Of a stretch of DNA of 64,000 nucleotides, positions 57,199 through 64,000 are shown piece by piece. Source of the DNA: a virus; the IMG/VR virus record IMGVR_UViG_3300027792_000010; one strand, written 5' to 3'. Within the stretch, counting starts at the first letter, position 1. Every line of letters starts with the position of its first letter. Made by a program: the position numbers and the translations under genes. Under the pieces are notes generated by a model. That model saw only the letters and a list, made by a program, of their open reading frames with translations, did not search any database and was not told the DNA's origin.

Positions 57199-57711
57199 TT
57201 ATTCAATAATATCATTTTCCATAAGATTCTTTCTAGGACCTGTAATAAGTTTTAGCACATTCTCTAGTAAATTTATAGTCCATATAAGTAATTTACCAAA
57301 AATACCAGTATTTTTCTGCGCCTCACTTAGAGACTTATCTAGTACCCACTCATATGCAGCCAATTCCTGGTATTTCTTATACTTTATATTAGGGTCTTGA
57401 AGTTCTGTCTTAAGCTCTAACTCTACAGTCTCTTTAGTCATTTTGCATGCAAAAGCATTACACTCTAAAGGGTTGGTGCATATATCTAATAGATCAAGGT
57501 TAAGATTACCATTCTCAATATCTTTTATATTAACACACCCATATGTGCATAGCTTTATTTTTTGCTGGGATTCAGATTTTGAGCTTATAATAAGACCTTT
57601 CCCATAGACACAGTTATCATGAGATTTCTTACTAGCATCCTGACATTTCTTGTATAGTATCTTTCTATACAACTTTCTATATTGTCTGTAAATCACTCCA
57701 GGACTTCTCAT
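57199..57711 (-). CDS. Cys-rich hypothetical protein
   Basis: ORF track. Confidence 0.55.
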   Translation of the reverse strand: MRSPGVIYRQYRKLYRKILYKKCQDASKKSHDNCVYGKGLIISSKSESQQKIKLCTYGCVNIKDIENGNLNLDLLDICTNPLECNAFACKMTKETVELELKTELQDPNIKYKKYQELAAYEWVLDKSLSEAQKNTGIFGKLLIWTINLLENVLKLITGPRKNLMENDIIE

Positions 57712-57815
57712 AAATTATTCCTTTTATATTTTAGTAGACCGTTCTTTTTTAACCTTATTTAGTCTCTTATCGACTTCTTTCCAAATTTCTATATCGCGGG
57801 TGTACGACTTCAGGA

Positions 57816-58343
57816 TTATTTATTTTCTTCATGTCTTGTATTACCAGACCTTAAATGGTCATAGAAGAAGTTATCGTTTAGGAATCGTATAGTATCTACA
57901 TAATCACAGAACCGTTTATTGAAACTTGAACCTTTCACAGACCACACCTCTACATTTTTACCCTGCCCTTTTAAGTGTTTGCACAAATCTATGAAATCAC
58001 CATCCCCGCTCATAAGTACCCACTTATCAAACTCATTTATACGTCTCATACAATCTACAGCTATAGCCATATCTTGGTCCGTGCCTGTATAACAGACGCT
58101 TCCGTCAGCTTTGGTTCCTTTTATGGCTTTCTTTATTATCAGATTGTAACCTAATGAGTGTAGAAAGTTTTCAAACTTTTTACTTTCTGCGTCAGGGGTC
58201 CTGATAATATAGGCGCACATATCTACGATCTGTGATTCGTTTGCTTTAAAATGCTGAGCCAACTTCAAAAAATCGATTCGTTTCTGTAAGTCTTTTGCTG
58301 AAAAAAATAAATTCTGAACATCTATCTGAATATAGGTTCTCAT
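57816..58343 (-). CDS. NYN-domain (LabA/DUF88) ribonuclease-like protein
   Basis: 'IDVQNL', 'DQDMAIAVD', 'LMSGDGDFIDL'. Confidence 0.88.
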   Translation of the reverse strand: MRTYIQIDVQNLFFSAKDLQKRIDFLKLAQHFKANESQIVDMCAYIIRTPDAESKKFENFLHSLGYNLIIKKAIKGTKADGSVCYTGTDQDMAIAVDCMRRINEFDKWVLMSGDGDFIDLCKHLKGQGKNVEVWSVKGSSFNKRFCDYVDTIRFLNDNFFYDHLRSGNTRHEENK

Positions 58344-58963
58344 GATTTCTTTTCAATGGTTAAAGTACCCTTATTTAACTCTAGCTCAAAATTGTTTTTT
58401 GCATAAGTTGAGAGAGTGGGATTATGCGTAACTACTAGTATATCCATTTTTAACTTCTCAGATAACTGTTTTAAAAGCCTACTAACATTCTCCATATAGG
58501 TGTTATCAACAGCGGCAAAAGTTTCATCCATCATTATAAAGTGAGCCTTTTTAAGCTTTATAATACTCAACAGTCTGAGGAGTACGCTCTCTATGACCTG
58601 AACACTACTTTTAGAATTAGGATCGACGGTCATCCCGTTGTATAAGGTATTCAAATAGATATAAAGTTTTTTTCCTCGTTCCTCAATACTAGACTCGAAC
58701 TTTATATCTCTACCTGTATAAACAGTATTGAGACCATATGTAATAAGCTTATCCATCTTTGTAAGATCCTCTTGAATAAGCTTGTCAGTCAGATGTTTAA
58801 GGACCTTTTCTGTTTTGACTAAAATATCATCCTCAGTTTCTAGCTCTTTGACTACTTTACTGGTCTTCTCAAATTGATCTTTACGGGCTTGATATAATCC
58901 CTCAAGATATTTTATTCTATCTAATACTGAATCTACTTGAGTAGTATCCATTATTTCATCCAC
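58340..58963 (-). CDS. C-terminal half of a split Rad50/SbcC (gp46-like) ATPase
   Basis: Coiled coil then Walker B/D-loop 'FIMMDETFAAVD' and H-loop 'ILVVTH'. Confidence 0.8.
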   Translation of the reverse strand: MDEIMDTTQVDSVLDRIKYLEGLYQARKDQFEKTSKVVKELETEDDILVKTEKVLKHLTDKLIQEDLTKMDKLITYGLNTVYTGRDIKFESSIEERGKKLYIYLNTLYNGMTVDPNSKSSVQVIESVLLRLLSIIKLKKAHFIMMDETFAAVDNTYMENVSRLLKQLSEKLKMDILVVTHNPTLSTYAKNNFELELNKGTLTIEKKS

Positions 58964-60012
58964 TCCAAATATAGTTCTTCTAACTTTTTTACTAACATTT
59001 TTTGTTCATATTTTTCTATAGCTATTCTTTTTGCCTGCTCTCCTACTATCACCCTAAGTTCTGGACATAGAATCATCTTTCTTAGGTACTCATAGTACTC
59101 AGTTACATTATTAGCTATATATCCACCATTACTTATAACTTCTATATGGCCATTGCATATCTTACTTTTATGGCTTATAACTGGTACACCCTTTATCATA
59201 GCTTGCTGTATAGCACTCCCACACATCTCACCATCAAAACGGTAATGAAGGAATAGGTCTAATGAATTAAAAAATCTTTCTACATATCTTTCATCCATAT
59301 TCGCATCAAGAAAAATTATATTCTTTTCTCCTTGTGCTGCTACCTGTACTTCATAACAAGGATTCATAATCAAATAATAGAGCTTATCACACAACCCTTC
59401 ACTACTCACCTTCTTATAAGCATCAATAGCAATAGAGTCAAAGTTACCTGGTCTACCTATCCTACCGCAGACTATAGCATCCTCGGGGATGTTTAAGGAT
59501 ATTCTAAGATTATCTTTCTTATCGGGCACCATAGGTGCTCTGGTTGGATTATACATTATCCAATCACAACCCCCACGGATATCACTTGCATTATTAGATA
59601 TACATATAATCTTATCAACAAATCCACTAAGGTCTGTACAGCCGAATATGTTACTCTCTATATGTAGTTTTGCTAGTCTCTTATCAAAGGGCCACTCATA
59701 ATACCCAGATCGAGCTACATGCAATATATCTAAGGATAGGCCCTGTACTTTGTCGTGAAAGGTACTCCATAAAGGAGTATACCCTTTGTCCTGTCCTGTT
59801 TTACCTCTCGACCTCTTAAAAGGGATTGCATGGTTTGGCTCAAGAAAACTTATTAATTCATCAAGCTTGCTATTTTCCTGACACTCATCCCAATAGAGAG
59901 CGTAGGGCTCGAAGAGGTCTTTATTTAAGACCTCTATTATGTTTAGTAGAATCTGAGATGTCCCAGCATAGTCCCAACTATGTACATAGTATCCTATTTT
60001 TATTCTATTCAT
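58951..60012 (-). CDS. Glycosyltransferase GT-B (GT4-like)
   Basis: 'CGRIGR', 'FFNSLDLFLH..FDGE..G.AIQQAM..GVPVI'. Confidence 0.85.
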   Translation of the reverse strand: MNRIKIGYYVHSWDYAGTSQILLNIIEVLNKDLFEPYALYWDECQENSKLDELISFLEPNHAIPFKRSRGKTGQDKGYTPLWSTFHDKVQGLSLDILHVARSGYYEWPFDKRLAKLHIESNIFGCTDLSGFVDKIICISNNASDIRGGCDWIMYNPTRAPMVPDKKDNLRISLNIPEDAIVCGRIGRPGNFDSIAIDAYKKVSSEGLCDKLYYLIMNPCYEVQVAAQGEKNIIFLDANMDERYVERFFNSLDLFLHYRFDGEMCGSAIQQAMIKGVPVISHKSKICNGHIEVISNGGYIANNVTEYYEYLRKMILCPELRVIVGEQAKRIAIEKYEQKMLVKKLEELYLEWMK

Positions 60013-60312
60013 TATATTTTAATCTTAATTCTTTAGGGATTCTAGGTATTGGTAACCAGTGTGTAACATTTACAACTTCAAGTGTACTATCCTGCCATGC
60101 TTCCATCAAATCATTAAAAAAACAAACTTCATAACGACTGCCGTATGTTTTCCCATTGCGTCTTATATTCCCAAGTACCATCTCTCTTTCTACTATACAA
60201 CAATATTTATCAGGATTTCGCGGTAGGAAGTTTTTTGTAGAAATCCATTTAGCAGTAGATCTCTTATCTAACTTAGGTATTATAATCCTATCATCTATAT
60301 CAACTTTTTTCA
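60005..60312 (-). CDS. DUF551-like small phage protein
   Basis: 'KWIST...LP' and 'VTHWLPIP'; start moved to MKKVDI. Confidence 0.6.
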
Positions 60313-60314
60313 TG

Positions 60315-61475
60315 TTACTGTTTAACCACTCTTGAATAACTACCAACACCAACAACCAAGTACTTCTGATCTTTGAATATTCCAGTCTTATAAACTTTAA
60401 AGAATGGGGCATCGTCATTGATAAACAGCTTAACTGTTCCCTCAGTATCAAGAGAGGACATAATGCTTTTGAAAAGTTTATACCCAACGATATGACTCAC
60501 GGCTTCGTCGTTATCATCCGCCACTTTGGATACTATTAACTTTTCCATGCACTTGAGATTGCCAATAAGAGATAGCTCAAGCCTGGAGCTATCTCCTAAT
60601 CCAGAAAGAGTAACCTGAACACCAGTCCCAACCAAATCTTTAGATGTTGATACAAGGCGATCTAAGGCTTTTAACATCTTATTTTTCTCTATCTCTATAT
60701 GCTTCCCATCTGCTTTTATAAGATCTGTCTTTATCTTAGGGGTTTCAATAGAGGATTTTAGAAATCCAAAAAATATTCCTTTATTTTGACTTTCAACTGC
60801 ATAATACTTTTCTGTTTCAATAAATGAAATTATATCATCCTTCATTACATCTAAAATGCCGTGAAGTATTGGTATAACCATTTTTCTAATCTTCACATTT
60901 TTAAACTCTTTAAACATTTTACAAGCTAAATAACCCATCTTATTCATACCATTAGCACTATAAGCCATATTCTCATTAATCACTAAGAAATCGTACTTTT
61001 TAGACTCTTCTGTCATAGCCGATAAGTAATTGATAGACCATTTTAGAGTATAGGCTAAAAACTCTCGATCAATCGTATATACAGCTACAGGAGTGCTATT
61101 CTCAAAACGAAGCATCTTATCGGGAGGGAAAGACTGTAGCGACGTGAAGGATTCACTGTCCTCAGAAGTATAAACTTTTAGAACTAAATTATTATGATCC
61201 AATTCAAGTTCAATATCTTCATGCTCTATTTTTACAAGGAGTTTCTCCAGAGATTTAGGATCTGCTGTAAAAGAAAAATCTCCATTCTGCTGTTCTATAA
61301 TAGATATAGTACTTGAAGCTCTCAAGTCATTATTTGTCGCCGAGACTGTGAGAGTAGAATCTTTTGGAGTAAAAAGTAAATGTGCTCTTTCTTCTTGAAG
61401 GACTATTTTAGATAGTGCTCTTTTTGCTATCGATATAGCATCCTTAAGTTCTTCTTTTTTTACTTTGATCCTCAT
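60315..61475 (-). CDS. DNA polymerase sliding clamp (DnaN beta-clamp-like)
   Basis: 386 aa, 'LTVSATNND.R', 'ADPKSLEKLL' and repeated clamp-like architecture, in the replication block. Confidence 0.75.
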   Translation of the reverse strand: MRIKVKKEELKDAISIAKRALSKIVLQEERAHLLFTPKDSTLTVSATNNDLRASSTISIIEQQNGDFSFTADPKSLEKLLVKIEHEDIELELDHNNLVLKVYTSEDSESFTSLQSFPPDKMLRFENSTPVAVYTIDREFLAYTLKWSINYLSAMTEESKKYDFLVINENMAYSANGMNKMGYLACKMFKEFKNVKIRKMVIPILHGILDVMKDDIISFIETEKYYAVESQNKGIFFGFLKSSIETPKIKTDLIKADGKHIEIEKNKMLKALDRLVSTSKDLVGTGVQVTLSGLGDSSRLELSLIGNLKCMEKLIVSKVADDNDEAVSHIVGYKLFKSIMSSLDTEGTVKLFINDDAPFFKVYKTGIFKDQKYLVVGVGSYSRVVKQ

Positions 61476-61476
61476 C

Positions 61477-61743
61477 TTAACCCTCTATTTTGCTTAGCTT
61501 TGAAGATACCGCATTTAGTTCGGCCTCAAAAGCTTCTATCGCTTTTTTGATCTCTTCTTCTTTTTTAGAAATAATAGAGGCCAGTTCTTTTGGCTCAAAC
61601 CCCATGTCTCTAATTTCTTTCACAAGAGTTGTAAGTATCTCTTTTTTGCTCTTATACTGCTCTTCTATTCTAATCTTCTTAGTATCGTACTCTTTAAGTA
61701 ACTTCTGCAGCTTCATGAATTTCTCTGCGTCTTGAATAGCCAT
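61477..61743 (-). CDS. Small coiled-coil protein
   Basis: ORF track. Confidence 0.55.
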   Translation of the reverse strand: MAIQDAEKFMKLQKLLKEYDTKKIRIEEQYKSKKEILTTLVKEIRDMGFEPKELASIISKKEEEIKKAIEAFEAELNAVSSKLSKIEG

Positions 61744-61787
61744 GATTGCCTCCTTCTTTAGGTCTTTGGTAATATACTAAATTGTTA

Positions 61788-62633
61788 CTACTTTTTAAAG
61801 CCTACAGTCTGTAGTTCACCATTATAATCTGGGAGGGCAGATTTTTTCCCACGTTTTTCTTTGTTGGCTTCTTTTTTCTGAGTATATTCATCACACTGGT
61901 AACGAAAATCGCACCATTTGCACTGTTTAGATAACCCTATCTTAGCTTCAAACTTAGTATCAGCTTTGATAGCATTTTTGACCAAAGCCAATTTGTTTTT
62001 GAATTTAATGATGGTATCGTATGTGAAATCATAATAAACAATCTGGCGCATCCTCCAATAAAGGATACCTAATAGATCCGGCATCTTTTTATAGTGGATC
62101 AAGTATACTAAAGCATAAAAGTATAGTTGGTCAGCATCTATATTTTTACCTATCTCATCGGTTCCCTTACCGTCCAAAATAGTAACTTTCCCTTGGTTAT
62201 CTTTGTGAATAAAGTCTACCTTAGATACAAGGGAGTCCCCGCTGTTTTTAAGATTAATAATGATTTTCTTTTCAGACTCACTGTGGCGAAAAAAATCGTC
62301 AAATACCTTTAGATTCTCTATTACATCAGAATATGCTTGCTCAAAAAGATCCACAGATGAAAACTTACACCACGGTTCATTCCAGTCTACATAATTATCC
62401 TGGAGGACTTTGTTCCATATGCCCCTAAGATACCCTTTGACTTCTATTTCCGTGAGAACTTTCCCATTTTTGCTATAAAGATTAGAATAAAGTTCAAAAA
62501 ATTTTTGAACGGTTATCCCATACAAAGCAAAATACTTACTTGGAGTGACCGCAGGTTTTACCCTATCTTTTTGATATTTATATTTTTTTGGACAATCTAA
62601 ATAGCTTTTATACTCTGAATAAGATAGTTTCAC
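61788..62633 (-). CDS. PD-(D/E)XK exonuclease, Cas4/RecB-like with Fe-S cysteines
   Basis: 'SYSEYKSYLDCPKKY', 'KVDFI...ILDGK', 'QLYFY', 'CKWCDFRYQC'. Confidence 0.85.
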   Translation of the reverse strand: MKLSYSEYKSYLDCPKKYKYQKDRVKPAVTPSKYFALYGITVQKFFELYSNLYSKNGKVLTEIEVKGYLRGIWNKVLQDNYVDWNEPWCKFSSVDLFEQAYSDVIENLKVFDDFFRHSESEKKIIINLKNSGDSLVSKVDFIHKDNQGKVTILDGKGTDEIGKNIDADQLYFYALVYLIHYKKMPDLLGILYWRMRQIVYYDFTYDTIIKFKNKLALVKNAIKADTKFEAKIGLSKQCKWCDFRYQCDEYTQKKEANKEKRGKKSALPDYNGELQTVGFKK

Positions 62634-63673
62634 TTTACTATTCCTTTTATATAACTGTCAGCTTCACTTATATAGTCTTTAACTCTTTGAACTACTGCTT
62701 TATCTACATTTGCTTTTTCAATCTCATCTTGTATATTATTTTTGTCTATACCTGTATCTGTAGCTACTTCCAATTTAAGAGTATCTACAAACTCCTCTGT
62801 AGCTTTAACTCTTTCTTTCTCAGTCTTTTTTTCTTCGATATTGAATACTTCAGTAGCTGGCTTTACATTAAGCTTAACAGTCTGAGTACTAACTTTCCTA
62901 TCAGGATCTATTGTCACTATACAGATCTTTGGATTACGTCCTATATCATCCTCAACCAGAGATCCACGACTTATAGCTCCAACATTGACAAAATGTTGTT
63001 CTTTACCATTTACACTCAGGACTTCTACACCCTGATCTACGTGATAATGACCAAGGATAAATATATCGTCTCCTAACTGTGCTACCTCTTTATAGGAGTA
63101 AAGTTTGGTTTTAAATAAAGATCCGCCATTTTTAGTAGTATATAAATGAAGCGCACAGACATTTACTGTTTCACTATCTTCTATTACTCGCGAATATGTA
63201 GAGGTAGACTCAAGATTAGGTTCTTCTGTAAAAGGGAATGAACGAAGTCTTACATTCTTAATTTTTCTCTCTGCACCGATTTGTATTAATGCCCCACTTT
63301 CATAAATAACATTTAGTGGTTGCTTATCAAAAGTGATATAGCTATCATTCTTTAGGTCATGGTTGCCCTCAATACAATAAATAGGTGCTGGGAATGACTT
63401 AAATAACTTTATGAGGATTCCTGTTAACTCATGTGAGTTTTTCATTGGGGCTTTGAGATTGAACAAATCTCCAGCACAAACAAAAAAATCTACCTTAAGT
63501 TTCTCCCCGACGAGCTTTATTTGATTGAGTTTATCTATAATATCCTGGCGATAGTCTCCTATTCTGGCTTGAGGGTTCACATCGCTAATATGGACATCTG
63601 TGAATGTAATAAATTTAATGGTGTCAGCCATTATTAGCCTCCAGACTAGCTCCGCATACAGGGCAAGCCTCAA
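62630..63673 (-). CDS. Mre11/SbcD-like (gp47) metallophosphoesterase nuclease
   Basis: 'TDVH', 'AGDLF', 'GNHD', 'LGHYH', 'NVGAISR'. Confidence 0.88.
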   Translation of the reverse strand: MRLALYAELVWRLIMADTIKFITFTDVHISDVNPQARIGDYRQDIIDKLNQIKLVGEKLKVDFFVCAGDLFNLKAPMKNSHELTGILIKLFKSFPAPIYCIEGNHDLKNDSYITFDKQPLNVIYESGALIQIGAERKIKNVRLRSFPFTEEPNLESTSTYSRVIEDSETVNVCALHLYTTKNGGSLFKTKLYSYKEVAQLGDDIFILGHYHVDQGVEVLSVNGKEQHFVNVGAISRGSLVEDDIGRNPKICIVTIDPDRKVSTQTVKLNVKPATEVFNIEEKKTEKERVKATEEFVDTLKLEVATDTGIDKNNIQDEIEKANVDKAVVQRVKDYISEADSYIKGIVK

Positions 63674-64000
63674 ATTTATCTAACTCTTGTTGAGTGTCTT
63701 CTATCTCTTTTGTAACTGTCGCTAAAGAGGTTTTCAAGTCATTAGCTTCCTTAGATGTAACTTGAATATCTTGATAGACTCTTCTCAAATTACCCGCCGT
63801 GTCTAAGTCTACTGTTGGTACCTTTGGGAAAATTAAATCCTCTAGTACTCTTCTCATGCCCTCTACCTCAGAGCTTAAAGCTGTATATTTGCTGTATATA
63901 AATTTGAGTCTATCTATCTCATTAATCTTCTCACCCAACTCATGGGATATTTCGGAAGGAATTACAATATCCTTGTGTCCCTCTAATCGTTTCAAGTCTT
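63624..64000 (-). CDS. End of the N-terminal half of a split Rad50/SbcC (5' truncated by the window edge)
   Basis: Coiled coil ending in Zn-hook 'CPVCG' just before the stop. Confidence 0.7.
   Translation of the reverse strand, partial: DLKRLEGHKDIVIPSEISHELGEKINEIDRLKFIYSKYTALSSEVEGMRRVLEDLIFPKVPTVDLDTAGNLRRVYQDIQVTSKEANDLKTSLATVTKEIEDTQQELDKFEACPVCGASLEANNG

Noticed and set aside
61788-62633. CRISPR-Cas locus (Cas4-like gene; TnpBs as Cas12)
   Set aside because: No repeat-spacer array or cas1/cas2 in the window. The nuclease sits in a recombination block, and the TnpBs have standard size and motifs.

Overview
This is a 64-kb AT-rich segment of what looks like a jumbo/huge phage genome (inference: dense, mostly minus-strand genes, no ribosomal or core cell genes, a GH108 lysozyme, virion-like proteins and a phage-type recombination/replication block). 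It holds 17 tRNA genes plus one tRNA-like element, tRNA/RNA repair enzymes (two RNA ligases, CCA-adding enzyme, PTH2-like, HAD, RlaP-like nucleotidyltransferase), NAD-related genes (prs, pncB, nadE, NDT-Nudix fusion), an ABC importer with an OmpA-fused binding protein and a PspA-like partner, class II RNR, dUTPase, DnaJ, ClpS, a sigma-like factor, three glycosyltransferases, two solo TnpB genes and a clamp/Cas4-like/Mre11/split-Rad50 block. Top finding: three tRNA operons each sit behind a promoter, a short leader ORF and mutually exclusive antiterminator/terminator hairpins. Each leader has a run of codons for exactly the tRNAs encoded downstream: N/Q/P before tRNA-Asn, Pro, Gln; V/K/R before tRNA-Lys x2, Val x2, Arg; I/G/E/R before tRNA-Glu, Ile2/Met, Gly x2, Arg. 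This looks like ribosome-stalling attenuation that senses a shortage of specific tRNAs and switches on phage replacements. Second: two integron-like arrays of attC-type cassettes share a 64-bp attI-like upstream site, with no integrase in the window. Several non-canonical tRNAs are also present (long-arm Asn, amber suppressor, Arg with a 28-nt anticodon-loop insert, a pseudoknotted tRNA mimic). All structures were folded by eye, no database searches were run, and protein calls rest on recognisable motifs.
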